This document shows positions 9,703 through 20,003 of a DNA stretch of 64,000 nucleotides, in pieces. The DNA lies in the NCBI GenBank assembly GCA_963555995.3, contig OY821641.1, forward strand, positions 311,399-375,398. Reading direction: 5' to 3'. Every line of letters starts with the position of its first letter. Position 1 is the first letter of the stretch. The translations under genes and the position numbers were made by a program. Source of the stretch: Vicinamibacteria bacterium (GTDB lineage: Bacteria > Acidobacteriota > Vicinamibacteria > Marinacidobacterales > Marinacidobacteraceae). The notes beneath the pieces are model-generated. The model ran no database searches. It worked only from the letters and a program-made list of their open reading frames with translations, and was not told where the DNA came from.

Positions 9703-9790
9703 CGCGCCGTGAGGCTGGGTGGGGTTACGACGTGCGCGGCGCGGAGCGCCGCGCGTGCCGGTCTGGAGACCGGCGTTCCAAACCGGCGGC
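9703..9790 (+). repeat. REP-like module, long form (forward orientation)
   Basis: 'gccgtgaggctgggtggggttacgacgtgcgcggcgcggagcgccgcgcgtgccggtctggagaccggcgttccaaacc'. H1 is gcgcggcgc-gga-gcgccgcgc. H2 is ccggtct-gg-agaccgg. Confidence 0.9.
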
Positions 9791-9872
9791 GCCATCCGGG
9801 CCTCAGCGGCTGAGCAGGATCCGCGGTATCGCGGAGGCTCGGAAATCAGGACGCGGCGGTAGGCTGCGGGGA

Positions 9873-10370
9873 ATGTCGTACGAAGCCCTGATCGCTCTCC
9901 TCGACTACCACTACTGGGCCCGGGACCGGTTGCTCGCCGCCGTGGCGCGGATCCCTCCCCTCGACTTCCACCGCGACCTGGGCAACAGCTTCGGTTCCAT
10001 CCGTGGCACCCTGGTCCATCTCGTCTCGGCGGAGTGGATCTGGTGCTCGCGCTGGGAGGGGCAGGGGCCGAGCGCGCACCTGGCTCCCGAGGACTTCGGG
10101 ACCGTCCGGGACATCCGGACGCGCTGGGAGGAGGAAGAGCGCCGGATACGAGACTTCGTCCATGGGCTCGGCCCGGACGGAGTCGGCCGCGACCTCGAAT
10201 ACACCCCGCTGGAGGGCGGCTCGACGCGCTCGGTGTTCTGGGCGATGGCGCAGCACGTCGTGAACCACGCCAGCTACCACCGGGGGCAGGTGACGACCAT
10301 GCTCCGCCAGCTCGGCGCGGAGCCGCCGCCGAGTCAGGACCTGATCACGTTCTATCGGGACCGGGGCTGA
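9873..10370 (+). CDS. DinB family protein
   Basis: 'LLDYHYWARDRLL', 'GTLVHLVSAEWIW', 'HVVNHASYHRGQV', a typical DinB/YfiT four-helix His triad pattern. Confidence 0.85.
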   Translation: MSYEALIALLDYHYWARDRLLAAVARIPPLDFHRDLGNSFGSIRGTLVHLVSAEWIWCSRWEGQGPSAHLAPEDFGTVRDIRTRWEEEERRIRDFVHGLGPDGVGRDLEYTPLEGGSTRSVFWAMAQHVVNHASYHRGQVTTMLRQLGAEPPPSQDLITFYRDRG

Positions 10371-10406
10371 AGGGCGTCCCCGCTATCGTTTCGCCGCTTC
10401 GGCACG

Positions 10407-11333
10407 ATGAGAGATTCAAGCGCGGCAGGGATGCGGTGGCGGCGCCGGTTCACGATCCTGACGGCGCTCTCCACCCTCGTGCTCATGGGTTGGGGCGCCT
10501 TCGTGACGAGCATCGAGGCGGGCCTCGCCGTCCCGGACTGGCCGTCGTCCTACGACTCCTACGACCCGTTCAATCCCTGGCCGGGATGGTGGCGGGTCAC
10601 GCCGCTGCTGGCCGAGCACGGACACCGCCTGCTCGGGATGCTGGTCGGATTCCTGACCACCGTCCTCGCCGTCTGGACCTGGTTCACCGAATCCCGCCGC
10701 TGGCTCCGCTGGCTCGCGGTCGGGGCCTTGGCCCTCGTGTCGTTCCAGGGGTTGCTGGGCGGGCTGCGAGTGGTGTGGCTGTCGCTCGATCTGGCCGTCG
10801 TCCACGCCGCGACGGCGCAACTCTTCCTCGGGCTGGTCGTGGCGCTGGCGGCCTTCACCTCGAAGTGGTGGCTGACCCTGGATGCCGCGCGGGACGGTCC
10901 CCGCGACCACCGCCTCTGGCGACTCGCACTCGCCGCCCCCGCCGCCGTCTGGCTCCAAGTCCTCCTGGGCGCCCTGCTTCGCCATCCCGGCACCGGGATC
11001 CATCCGTGGCTCGTTGGCGTTCACATCGCCGGGGCGGTCCTGGTCGCGGCCGTGGTGGCTGCTTTCCTGCTCCGGGTCTGGGACAAGTTTCGGCAGTCGC
11101 GGGTGCTGTACCGGGGGGCCTGGGTCCTCGCCGGCCTCGTGGATGTGCAATTGATCCTTGGCCTGACCGCGTACTTCGTCACCCTCGACGACGCCGGGAT
11201 GCTGCAGCCGAGCACCGTGCAGGTAGTGGTGAACACCGGGCACGCCGTGGTCGGAGCGCTGCTGATGACGGGGGCGGTGCTGGCCGCGCTCGCCACGCAC
11301 CGCTGGGGCCGGAGACCGGTCCCGGCCGGCTGA
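10407..11333 (+). CDS. ctaA: heme A synthase (COX15/CtaA family)
   Basis: Multi-TM protein with 'GAFVTSIEAGLAVPDWPSSY'. It lies directly upstream of ctaB. Confidence 0.85.
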   Translation: MRDSSAAGMRWRRRFTILTALSTLVLMGWGAFVTSIEAGLAVPDWPSSYDSYDPFNPWPGWWRVTPLLAEHGHRLLGMLVGFLTTVLAVWTWFTESRRWLRWLAVGALALVSFQGLLGGLRVVWLSLDLAVVHAATAQLFLGLVVALAAFTSKWWLTLDAARDGPRDHRLWRLALAAPAAVWLQVLLGALLRHPGTGIHPWLVGVHIAGAVLVAAVVAAFLLRVWDKFRQSRVLYRGAWVLAGLVDVQLILGLTAYFVTLDDAGMLQPSTVQVVVNTGHAVVGALLMTGAVLAALATHRWGRRPVPAG

Positions 11334-11336
11334 GCC

Positions 11337-12203
11337 GTGAGACCGAATCTCACCCCCTATCTGGAACTCACGAAGCCCGAGATCGCGCTGGTCGTCGCGT
11401 TGTCGTCGGCGGGAGGTTTCGTGCTGGCGCCCGCGGAGTCCTTCGGCTGGAGCCGGCTGTTGTTGCTCCTCCTCGGCGTCACCCTCGCCAGCGGGGGCGC
11501 CGGCGCTCTGAACCACTGGATCGAGCGGGAGGAGGACGCCGGCATGCGCCGCACGCGGGGGCGTCCGCTGCCGTCGGGGCGCCTCGCGCCGGCGGCGGCG
11601 CTCGTCAGCGGGACCGGGCTCGCGGCGGCGGGGACCGCGGTGCTCGCCCTGGCCGTCAACCCGCTGACCGGGGGCCTGACGCTCATGACCGTGCTCCTCT
11701 ACGTCTTCGCCTACACGCCCCTGAAGCGCCGGACCCACTGGAACACCCTCGTGGGCACCGTCCCCGGCGCCCTGCCGGCGCTCTGCGGCTGGACCGCGGC
11801 CACCGGTTCCGTCGGCTGGGGCGGCATCGCGATGTTCTCGATCCTCGTCGCCTGGCAGATGGCGCACTTCCTGCCGCTCGCCTGGATGTACCGGGAGGAC
11901 TACGGGCAGGGGGGCTTCGTGATGCTCCCGGCGGTGGACCCCGCGGGACGCTCGACGGTGCGGCAGACCCTGTTCTTCGCGGTGCTGCTCGCCGCGCTGA
12001 GCTTGTGGCCCGTCGGGCTGTCGCTGGCGGGATGGATCTACTTCGTCGGCGCCGCCGCGCTCGCGATCTGGTTCATGACGGCGGCGGCCGAGTTCCGCTG
12101 GAGCCGCGGGAAGCCCGACGCGCGCCGGGTGCTGAAGGCGTCCATCGCCTACGTGCCGGCCCTCATCGCGGTGCTGGTGCTGGATCGGGCGATCCTGGGC
12201 TGA
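11337..12203 (+). CDS. ctaB: protoheme IX farnesyltransferase (heme O synthase)
   Basis: UbiA-family motifs 'YLELTKPEIALVV', 'GGAGALNHWIEREEDAGMRRT..RPLPSGR', 'YTPLKRRT'. GTG start. Confidence 0.9.
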   Translation: MRPNLTPYLELTKPEIALVVALSSAGGFVLAPAESFGWSRLLLLLLGVTLASGGAGALNHWIEREEDAGMRRTRGRPLPSGRLAPAAALVSGTGLAAAGTAVLALAVNPLTGGLTLMTVLLYVFAYTPLKRRTHWNTLVGTVPGALPALCGWTAATGSVGWGGIAMFSILVAWQMAHFLPLAWMYREDYGQGGFVMLPAVDPAGRSTVRQTLFFAVLLAALSLWPVGLSLAGWIYFVGAAALAIWFMTAAAEFRWSRGKPDARRVLKASIAYVPALIAVLVLDRAILG

Positions 12204-12209
12204 GCGGAG

Positions 12210-12944
12210 CTACTTCGCTTCCGCCGTCACCGCGTCCGCCATCTCCCCCAGCGTGAAGAAGACGAAGTCGAGCCGCGGCATGGCGGCGACTTTCGCGGTC
12301 GCGCCCCAGTCCCCGCCCTCCGAGAGCCGCTGGCGATCAATCCAGGCGCTCGCGAGGCCGAAGCGGTTCGCGGGGACGTGGTCGTGGTGGAGGCTCTGCG
12401 CGGTGTGGAGGACGTCCCCCCGCTCCAGCCCGAAGTCCGATTTGAGGTGGTCCATCAGGTACTCGAAGTTGGCGTCCGACGGCTTGTAGGAGCCGATGTC
12501 CTCGGCGGTGTAGAGGGCGTCGAACTCGACGCCGAGCGTGCGGGCGGAGGCGGCGATGCCGTCCCGGTGGACGTTCGAGAGGATCACGAGGCGGAAGTGG
12601 CGCTTCAGGACCCCGAGGGCCGCCGCGCTGTCGGGGAACGCGGGCCAGCGGGGCACCGAGTTCCCGAAATCCGCGTCGAGTTCCCCGTCCGTTCGCAGTC
12701 CGAAGCTGCCCGCCAGGTCTCCGTGCACGCGGGCGAGGAGGTCCGGGTAGGCAAGGTCCGGAGTGGCGCGCTCGTGCTGTCCCTCGAAGCGCGCGAAGGC
12801 GCGGAGGGCCTCGTCGCGCGTGAGCCCGATGGCGCCGTTCGACCGGATGACCGGTTGCAGCGCCTCCCAGATCCCACCCTCCCAGTCAATCAGGGTCCCG
12901 TAACAGTCGAAGGTCAGGACCCGGTAGTCGGTCAGGCGCGCCAC
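12210..12944 (-). CDS. haloacid dehalogenase type II-like HAD hydrolase
   Basis: HAD motif I 'LTFDCYGTLIDWE', 'ILSNV', 'GSYKP'. Confidence 0.85.
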   Translation of the reverse strand: MARLTDYRVLTFDCYGTLIDWEGGIWEALQPVIRSNGAIGLTRDEALRAFARFEGQHERATPDLAYPDLLARVHGDLAGSFGLRTDGELDADFGNSVPRWPAFPDSAAALGVLKRHFRLVILSNVHRDGIAASARTLGVEFDALYTAEDIGSYKPSDANFEYLMDHLKSDFGLERGDVLHTAQSLHHDHVPANRFGLASAWIDRQRLSEGGDWGATAKVAAMPRLDFVFFTLGEMADAVTAEAK

Positions 12945-13279
12945 TTCGTCGTCCTTGATGGTTCCTCCGGGGGCCGGGCGCCCGGCGCCGGACCCTTCGT
13001 GTTGAAGGAACGGCGCTCGCTATGGATTCCCGAACGCCGCCGGTGCAGGGATTGTTCCGTTGGAGGCGGAGGCCGCCGCCGGTCAGGGAACAATCCGGCC
13101 CGAAGACCCGCTCAGGAGACGACTCGCCGCGGCAGCGTGGGATCGAGGTGCATGACGGGGTCGTGGACGGAAGCGCCCGAGGTGCGTCGGGAGAGCTTCA
13201 TGCCGCCAACTCTATGGGAGCGAACGGCGGCTCGGGAAACCGAAAGCCCCCTGCACCGGCTCCCTATACTGGGGAGCAG

Positions 13280-13849
13280 ATGACCACGCAACCGGTAATC
13301 GAGACGGAAAGACTGATCCTCCGGCCGTTGACGCTGGAAGACGCGCCGGCGGTCCAGAGGATGTCGAGCTCGGTGGAGATTGCGAAGACGACCCGCCGGA
13401 TTCCCCATCCTTATGAGGACGGGATGGCGGAATGCTGGATCAACACCCATTCGCAAGCGTGGTCCAGCCGAGAGGCCGTGAGCTACGGCATCGTGGTCAG
13501 GGAGAGCGGCGCGCTGTGCGGCGCTGTCTCCGTGAGACTGTGCATGGAGGACAATCGCGGCGAACTGGGGTACTGGATCGGCGAGGAGCACTGGAACCGG
13601 GGTTACGCCACGGAGGCTGCGGCACAGGTCCTCGACTTCTGTTTCGGCCACCTGAACCTGAACAGGGTGTCCGCCGAGTACATGAAGCACAATCCGGCCT
13701 CGGCGCGCGTGCTGGAGAAGTGCGGCATGAAGCACGAAGGCATGTTGCGGCAGCACTACCTCAAGTGGGGTCGGTATGTGGATGCCGGCGTGTTCGGGTT
13801 GCTGGCGGAAGAATGGCGGCAATCCAGAGCACGTGATGAGCAGCCTTAA
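13280..13849 (+). CDS. GNAT family N-acetyltransferase (RimJ/RimL-like)
   Basis: 'IETERLILRPLTLEDA', 'ELGYWIGEEHWNRGYATEA', 'LNRVSAEYMKHNPASARVLEKCGM'. Confidence 0.85.
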   Translation: MTTQPVIETERLILRPLTLEDAPAVQRMSSSVEIAKTTRRIPHPYEDGMAECWINTHSQAWSSREAVSYGIVVRESGALCGAVSVRLCMEDNRGELGYWIGEEHWNRGYATEAAAQVLDFCFGHLNLNRVSAEYMKHNPASARVLEKCGMKHEGMLRQHYLKWGRYVDAGVFGLLAEEWRQSRARDEQP

Positions 13850-13926
13850 CGGCCTGCGGCAAAACCCACGCGGCCCGGTTCTCGCGGTGGGGGTCCCGGC
13901 GCTCACGCGGGCTTCACCACGGGCTG

Positions 13927-15378
13927 TTGAACGGGCTGGCTGCCGGACGTGACCGCTTGCAGGAAACACCCCTGAGCGAGCGCCCGCGACTGCGGCCCGT
14001 CCTCGCGCCGCTCCAGGTCGGGTCGCTGGCGCTCGGCTGCGTCATCGGCTTCGGCTGCTTCATCCTCGCGGGTGACTTCCTCGAGACCGCCGGACCGCTC
14101 GGCGCGGCGCTGGGCATCGCGCTCGGCGGGCTGGCGATGGTCGTGATCGCCCGGAGCTACGGCCTCATGGTCCGCGCCTTTCCGGTGGCGGGGGCCGAGT
14201 TCGCCTACGCCTACCGGGCCGGCGGCCGGCGCCATGCGGTGGTCTGCGGCTGGTTCCTGGCCCTCGGCTACCTGAGCATCGTGCCCCTCAACGCGACCGC
14301 GCTCGCCGTTCTCGGCAAGTTCCTCGCGCCGGAGCTGTTCGCCCGGGGTCATCTCTACACCGTCGCCGGCTTCGACGTGTTCGCCGGGGAGGTCGCTCTC
14401 GCCGCGTTCGCGGTGGTCCTCGTCGGGTTCCTTCACGCCCGGGGCGTGCAGGGGGTCGGGAGGTCCCAGGCGGCCATGACGAGCCTCCTGGTGGCGGCGG
14501 TGGCGCTGGTGGGCATCGGCGCGTTCACCGGCCCCGGCGCCAGCGTGGCCAACTGGCAGCCCTGGTTCGCGCCGGGCCGGCCGGCGTGGGCCGGCGTGCT
14601 GGCGATGCTCGCGATCTCGCCCTGGCTCTACGTCGGCTTCGACACCCTGCCGCAGGCCGCCGAGGAGTTCGCGTTCCCGCCCGGCAAGGCGTTCCGGCTG
14701 ATGGCGGCGGCGATCCTGGCCGGCGCCGGGATGTACGTGGTGGTGCTGCTGGCCACCGGGGTGGTCCTGCCCTGGCGCGAGGTGGTGGCGGGCGAGTCCG
14801 TCTGGGTGACCGGCGCCACGGTGCGGGCCAGCCTGGGAACGGCGGGAGTCGCCGTCCTGAGCGTTGCCGTCGTCACGGCGATCTTCACCGGGATCAACGG
14901 CTTCTTCATGGCGAGCAGCCGCCTCCTGTTCGGCATGGGGCGGGCGCGGCTGCTCCCGGCCTGGTTCGGGCGAATTGATCCCTCCCGCGGCACGCCGCGG
15001 AACGCGTTGCTGTTCACCGGGGCGGCCTCGCTGCTCGCGCCCTGGTTCGGCCGCGAGGTCATCGTCTGGGTGGTGGACATGGCGGCGGTCGGCACCGCCT
15101 GCGGCTACCTGTACACCTGCCTCGCGGCGTTCTCGGTGGCGCGTCGCCGGCACGCGCGGGTGGAAGCGGTGCTCGGCGCGCTCCTCTCGGCCGGGTTCCT
15201 CGTCCTCCTCTGCGTCCCCGGGATGCCCGGCTTCATGGCGCCGCCCTCCTGGGTCGCCCTGGCCGCCTGGATCGCGCTCGGCGCGCTCTTCTACCTGCGG
15301 CGCGCCCGTGAGTTCGCGGCGATCCCCGACGCCGAGCTGGACACGCTGATCCTCGGGGCTTCGCGGGACCGCCCGTAG
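13927..15378 (+). CDS. APC superfamily amino acid/polyamine permease
   Basis: A protein of about 12 TM segments, with N-terminal 'LQVGSLALGCVIGFGCFILAG' typical of APC permeases. Non-ATG start per the ORF track. Confidence 0.8.
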   Translation: MNGLAAGRDRLQETPLSERPRLRPVLAPLQVGSLALGCVIGFGCFILAGDFLETAGPLGAALGIALGGLAMVVIARSYGLMVRAFPVAGAEFAYAYRAGGRRHAVVCGWFLALGYLSIVPLNATALAVLGKFLAPELFARGHLYTVAGFDVFAGEVALAAFAVVLVGFLHARGVQGVGRSQAAMTSLLVAAVALVGIGAFTGPGASVANWQPWFAPGRPAWAGVLAMLAISPWLYVGFDTLPQAAEEFAFPPGKAFRLMAAAILAGAGMYVVVLLATGVVLPWREVVAGESVWVTGATVRASLGTAGVAVLSVAVVTAIFTGINGFFMASSRLLFGMGRARLLPAWFGRIDPSRGTPRNALLFTGAASLLAPWFGREVIVWVVDMAAVGTACGYLYTCLAAFSVARRRHARVEAVLGALLSAGFLVLLCVPGMPGFMAPPSWVALAAWIALGALFYLRRAREFAAIPDAELDTLILGASRDRP

Positions 15379-15435
15379 AAGCGCTCATTCGCAGTCGTAA
15401 TTATCAAAAAACTCGGTTTTTTGTAAACTACACGT

Positions 15436-16590
15436 ATGTCCATCCCCATTCTGCGCTCTTTCTGGGTCAACCGGATCGAGCGCGCGTGGGATTCCCGCAA
15501 TATCGTCTGGCTCTCGGGAGCGCGGCGCCTCGGGAAGACCGTACTCAGCCGGCAACTGCCGGGCGCCCGTTACTTCAACTGCGATCTGCCCTCGGTGCGG
15601 GATCGTCTCGCGGATCCCGAGTCCTTCTTCGTCCATCTTCCTTCCGGCTCCCGGATCGTGCTGGACGAAGTGCATCGCGCCAAGTACCCGGCTGGTCTCC
15701 TGAAGATCGCCGCGGACGCCTGGCCGGATATCCGCGTGCTGGCTACCGGCTCCTCCACGCTCTACGCAAGCCGGCGATTCAGTGACTCGTTGGTGGGGAG
15801 GAAATGGCCGGTTCGCTTTGCTCCGGTCCTGTGGCGCGAGTCCCCCGACTGGACCGGCGCGGCGAATCTGGAGCGGCGGCTCCTGAACGGAGGGTTTCCG
15901 GACCAGATGCTGCTCCCCGCACCCGATCCGCTCTGGTTCGAGGAGTGGATGGACAGCTTCTTCGCGCGGGACATCCTGCCGCTCTTCGACATCCGGAACC
16001 GGGGCGGCTTCCTCCGCGTCGTCGCCTCGGTCTTCGTCCGAAACGGCGAGTTGCTGGACATCTCTGCCGTGGCCCGCGACGCCGGTGTGAGCCGCCCGAC
16101 CGCCGTCCAGTACCTGAATATTCTGGACGACTGCCACCTCACGGTGCGGGTGCCGCCCTACCACGGCGGAGGTCGCCGGGAACTGGTGCGCCGCCCTCGG
16201 GCATATGCGCTGGACACCGGCCTCGTCTGTCATCTGCGGGGGTGGACGAACCTCCGGCCGGCGGACCGTGGTCCGCTCTGGGAGAACCTGGTACTGGACG
16301 AGCTGCTGACCGCCATTCCCCAGAGCCGCGTTCACTACTGGCGCGACGCGGCGGGGCACGAAGTGGATTTCGCCATCGTTGCCGGACGGGACCGGGTGGC
16401 TGCGGTGGAGGCGAAGATCTCGCCGGACGGCTTCAGCCCCAAGGCGCTGGCGAGATTCCGGAAGGCCTATCCCGACGGCCCGAACCTGCTCTGTTGTCCT
16501 CACGTGGACGCGCCGGTCCCGCGGCGGTTGGGAGGTTTCGAGGTCACGCTGTGCGCCCCGGCGCAGGTGGCGGAGCTGATCCGGGAGTAG
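15436..16590 (+). CDS. AAA_14/DUF4143 family ATPase
   Basis: Walker A 'GARRLGKT', Walker B 'IVLDEVH', and a DUF4143-type C-terminus 'YWRDAAGHEVDFAIV...VEAK'. Preceded by a short AT-rich stretch with the dyad 'caaaaaactcggttttttg'. Confidence 0.85.
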   Translation: MSIPILRSFWVNRIERAWDSRNIVWLSGARRLGKTVLSRQLPGARYFNCDLPSVRDRLADPESFFVHLPSGSRIVLDEVHRAKYPAGLLKIAADAWPDIRVLATGSSTLYASRRFSDSLVGRKWPVRFAPVLWRESPDWTGAANLERRLLNGGFPDQMLLPAPDPLWFEEWMDSFFARDILPLFDIRNRGGFLRVVASVFVRNGELLDISAVARDAGVSRPTAVQYLNILDDCHLTVRVPPYHGGGRRELVRRPRAYALDTGLVCHLRGWTNLRPADRGPLWENLVLDELLTAIPQSRVHYWRDAAGHEVDFAIVAGRDRVAAVEAKISPDGFSPKALARFRKAYPDGPNLLCCPHVDAPVPRRLGGFEVTLCAPAQVAELIRE

Positions 16591-16609
16591 TCGTCCCCGG
16601 TTCGGGGGG

Positions 16610-17929
16610 TCAGTTGGCCGTGTCGATGGCCTGGTAGACGAGCGCGCGGAACCTGGCGTGGTCGTCCAGGCCTCCGGCCGGAATCAGCTGCGCGAGGTAG
16701 ACGACGACCAGTTCCTCCTCCGGGTCCACCCAGAAGCTCGAGTGGTAGGCCCCGCCCCAGCCGTACTCGCCGGTCGAACCCGGCGCCCCGCGAGCGCCGA
16801 GGTCGTCCACCACCCGGAACCCGAGCCCGAATCCCACGCCTCGCTCCCGGCCGAACAGCGCGCCGGTATCCGTCACGTTCCGGACGAGCAGTCCGCCGAG
16901 GTGGTCCACCGTCATGAGCTCGACGCTCTTCGGCGAGAGGATGCGCGCACCGTCGAGTTCGCCGCCGTTCAGCATCGCCTGGAGGAAGCGCCCGTAGTCG
17001 GAGGCGGTCGAGAGGAGTCCCGCGCCCCCCGAGAAGCTCGTGCGCGGCCCGTCAAGGTAGGCCCCCTGGCCGACCATGCCGCCCGGATCGGGAGCCCGGG
17101 TCAGGCCGCCCTCGCCGGCCGAGTACACGACCGTGAGGCGGTCCCCCTTTTCGGGCGGCAGGTAGAAGTGGGTGTCCGCCATGCCGAGCGGGTCGAAGAT
17201 CCGGGTCCGGAGAAACTCGTCGAGCGGAACCCCTGAGGCGACCTCCACGACGGCCCCCAGGATGTCGGTCGCGTAGCCGTAGACCCAGCGTTCGCCGGGC
17301 TGGGCATCGAAGGGCAGCGCCGCCATGCGCCGCACCGTTTCGCGGATCGGCTCCTCCCGGTGGGCGAAGTACCAGCCGGTGATCTCCGCTGCCGCCCACG
17401 CCTCGGCGGCTACCCCCCCGCCGTAGCCGATGCCGGCGGTATGGGTGAGCAGGTGCCGGATGGTGACCGGTTGCCGCGCGGGCGCCACGCCGTAGGTCCC
17501 GTCGGGATTGGCGGTCGCAACCGTGGTCTCGAGGTATTCCGGGAGATGGCGGCCGACCGGGTCCGAGATCAGCAGCCGGCCGTCCTCCTGCAGGATCATG
17601 ATGGCCACGCTCACGATCGCCTTGGTCTGGGAAGCGATCCGGAAGATGTCGCCGGTCTCGAGCGGATCGTCCGCCTCCCGGTCCCGGTAGCCGAAGGCCT
17701 TCAGGTACGCGGTCTCCCCCCGATGGGCCACCAGCGCGACGGCCCCGGGCAGGGCGCCGGACTCGACGTACTCCTCGAGCGCGGCGTCGAGCCGGGCCAG
17801 CCGTTCGGGATCGAGTCCGGACGAAGGGCTTTCGGGCGGGGCGACGGCGCAGGAGCCGGCGAGGACGGCGGCAAGGGCGATCCCGGCCGAAGCGAGCCGG
17901 TTGGCGGGGTGGTCTCCGTTGACTCTCAT
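16610..17929 (-). CDS. serine hydrolase (beta-lactamase family)
   Basis: RBS aggagg before the ATG at 17929. Lipoprotein-like signal '..LAGSCA'. SxxK 'IASQTKAI'. 'YGYATDILG'. Confidence 0.85.
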   Translation of the reverse strand: MRVNGDHPANRLASAGIALAAVLAGSCAVAPPESPSSGLDPERLARLDAALEEYVESGALPGAVALVAHRGETAYLKAFGYRDREADDPLETGDIFRIASQTKAIVSVAIMILQEDGRLLISDPVGRHLPEYLETTVATANPDGTYGVAPARQPVTIRHLLTHTAGIGYGGGVAAEAWAAAEITGWYFAHREEPIRETVRRMAALPFDAQPGERWVYGYATDILGAVVEVASGVPLDEFLRTRIFDPLGMADTHFYLPPEKGDRLTVVYSAGEGGLTRAPDPGGMVGQGAYLDGPRTSFSGGAGLLSTASDYGRFLQAMLNGGELDGARILSPKSVELMTVDHLGGLLVRNVTDTGALFGRERGVGFGLGFRVVDDLGARGAPGSTGEYGWGGAYHSSFWVDPEEELVVVYLAQLIPAGGLDDHARFRALVYQAIDTAN

Positions 17930-18022
17930 GGCCTCCTCCTGACGGAGCGGATCATCGCACCGTCGGTGCGTGCCCGTTCCGGATGCACCTGACAATGCTC
18001 GGCCACAGGCCCAGGCCGCGGT

Positions 18023-18322
18023 CTACGGCGATCTCTCGACCAGTTCGATCCGGAGATCCTTGCCGAGCGCCGCGGCCGCCCGACTCATGGAGAGGAGCGT
18101 CACCGACCTGTTGTCGGGATTGAGGAGCCGGTCGAGGGCTGCGCGGCTGGTCCGCATCCGGGACGCGAGTTCCGAATTCGTAATCCCCTGTTGCTCGATG
18201 GCCTGGCGCATCTGAAGCGCCAGGACACGCTTGACGGCGGCGGCTCGTACTTCCGCGAGCGCGCCGTCCTCTTCGAGGAGTTCGTCGATGGACGAGCCGA
18301 TGTGCGGGTGCTGCCTAGTCAT
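18023..18322 (-). CDS. XRE-type HTH antitoxin (HigA-like)
   Basis: 'GITNSELASRMRTSRAALDRLLNPDN' HTH. It overlaps the upstream toxin gene by 8 nt. Confidence 0.8.
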   Translation of the reverse strand: MTRQHPHIGSSIDELLEEDGALAEVRAAAVKRVLALQMRQAIEQQGITNSELASRMRTSRAALDRLLNPDNRSVTLLSMSRAAAALGKDLRIELVERSP

Positions 18323-18701
18323 TGTCTGGAATCTCTATGGAAGGTGTGAGGTGAGATTTTCGGGTACGGGCGAGACTGAGGTCGCGGGGGGGCGTCCGAT
18401 TCGTCTTCTTGATGAAGCCGTGCCGGAGGATCATCTCGTTTTCGTGAATGCAGAACAGGACTCGGGCAATTCGGTCCCGCAGACTGCTTCTCGTCTCGAA
18501 CAGGCCGTCGCCGAGCGGTCGGCAGACAGGCAATCCAACCGGCCACCCGTATTCCACGGTCTTGAGGTCCGTGCCGATCGTGATTCGATCCTCCTTGGCC
18601 AGCCCCCGAAGCCAGTCTCGAACCGGTTCGACGCCGTTGGCGGACCGGTAGAACCGAGCGGGAATTCGCTTCGGGAGGGACAATTCGCCGGAGTGTATCA
18701 A
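18315..18701 (-). CDS. RelE/HigB-like toxin (Gp49/DUF891-type)
   Basis: 'FYRSANGVEPVRDWLRGL', 'LGDGLFETR', 'ARVLFCIHENEMILRHGFIKKT', typical of phage Gp49-like killer proteins. TTG start. Confidence 0.8.
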   Translation of the reverse strand: MIHSGELSLPKRIPARFYRSANGVEPVRDWLRGLAKEDRITIGTDLKTVEYGWPVGLPVCRPLGDGLFETRSSLRDRIARVLFCIHENEMILRHGFIKKTNRTPPRDLSLARTRKSHLTPSIEIPDND

Positions 18702-18710
18702 TAATGATAC
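18695..18710. promoter_or_regulatory. perfect dyad 'gtatca-ataa-tgatac' overlapping the higB-like start
   Basis: Palindrome read directly from the sequence, in the 62-nt divergent intergenic region. A candidate TA operator. Confidence 0.35.
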
Positions 18711-18763
18711 GACGGGGGGATGGCCGATCGCGCGGAAGGGCTGCGGTATCGTCCGACGCCGTC

Positions 18764-19495
18764 ATGTCCGGCTGGTCGCGAAGGCGGTTCCTGGAGGGCG
18801 GATCGGCGGCGGCAGCGATCTCCGCCGTGTGGGGATGCGCGCTGGAGGAGCGGACCGAGACCTCGCCGGGCGTGATGCAGCCTTCAACCAGCCCGGCGCC
18901 GCCCTCCGGCCCGCGGCGCGCGCTTGCGGAGCCGGGCCCGATGATCCCGCCCTGTCCGGCGATCCTGCTCACCGTGAACGGCCGGCCCGGCGACCCGGAC
19001 GAGATCTCGGTGCTCTGGACGTTCGTCGTGAACGGCGACCCGCCCCAGATCGGGGTGAGCGCGGGCTTCGAGCACCAGGCGCGGGAACTCCTCGACCTCC
19101 ACGACGAGTTCGTGCTGAACGTTCCGGTGGCCTCGATGATCGAGGCGTTCGACACGGTGGACATGAACTCCAGCCGGGTCGCCGACAAGTTCGAGCTCGC
19201 GGGCCTGATCCGGGGCGCGGCGTCTGCGGTCGCGGCCCCCACTGTGGCGGAGTCCCCGATCCACTGCGAGTGCCGGACCATCGCCTCCCTTGAGGTGGCG
19301 CCGGTGCGGAAGCTCTTCATCGCGGAGGTGGTCGCGACGACCGCGATGGAGGGCGCCGTGGACGACGGCGGCCGGCTGATCGTACCCGCCGTGGACTTCT
19401 TCGGGATGACCGCCGGGAGCGGCGAGCACTACACGATGGGCCGCCGGGTGGGGAACATCGGAATGACGGTCGGCCGGTCCGACATCAAGTACTGA
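18764..19495 (+). CDS. flavin reductase-like FMN-binding domain protein with twin-arginine signal
   Basis: 'MSGWSRRRFLEGGSAAAAISAVWGCA' (Tat motif plus a lipobox-like Cys). The flavin reductase-like core includes 'FVLNVP', 'VAESPIHCECR' and 'LFIAEVV'. Confidence 0.75.
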   Translation: MSGWSRRRFLEGGSAAAAISAVWGCALEERTETSPGVMQPSTSPAPPSGPRRALAEPGPMIPPCPAILLTVNGRPGDPDEISVLWTFVVNGDPPQIGVSAGFEHQARELLDLHDEFVLNVPVASMIEAFDTVDMNSSRVADKFELAGLIRGAASAVAAPTVAESPIHCECRTIASLEVAPVRKLFIAEVVATTAMEGAVDDGGRLIVPAVDFFGMTAGSGEHYTMGRRVGNIGMTVGRSDIKY

Positions 19496-19639
19496 CGGCC
19501 CCGCGGGTCAAACCCGCCAGGGAGGAGAAATCCGTGGCTGAAGCGCTCAGGGACGTTCAAAAGGCCAGCGGGATCAACTTTGGGGCCCAGCCCCTGAACA
19601 GTCTGGGCGAAGGGGCAACCAGCGTGGGCTACGCCGCCT

Positions 19640-19808
19640 GCTGGGAGCGCCGGTCTTCAGACCGGCACGCGCCGCGCGACAGCGCAGCGCACGGCACGAC
19701 ACGGGCCGGCGCAGTGGCGCTCTGCTCCCGGTTCATCACCGCAGACAGCGACACGACATCTGCGGGCCTCCGGCCCGCGGTGCTGCTCTGAAGAGCGGCG
19801 CTCTCAGC
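19640..19808. repeat. REPIN-like inverted pair of REP modules (169 bp)
   Basis: Left end 'gctgggagcgccggtcttcagaccggcac', right end 'gtgctgctctgaagagcggcgctctcagc'. The right hairpin keeps its pairing through compensatory changes. Homologous to 35797..35965. Confidence 0.85.
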
Positions 19809-20003
19809 CGTCTTCGCTGTTTCATGCCCGGCGGGGTGGGCAGGAGGACCGATCATGAGGGTATCGCGCGGACTGGAAGCGCAATGTGACTGCCCTCCTT
19901 CCCCGGGTGCGGAGCAACCGTTCGACGAAGTATGGGACGAGGTCGTGTCCTACATGGGCCGGATCGCCAGCGCCGTGCGCGGCACGCCAGCCCCGGAGTT
20001 CCT

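Noticed and set aside
15395-15420. The hairpin 'caaaaaactcggttttttg' after the permease gene, considered as a rho-independent terminator.
   Set aside because: The stem is purely A/T (weak) with a 3-nt loop. It cannot be told apart from an operator or an AT-rich cassette border, so it is mentioned only as context for the DUF4143 gene.
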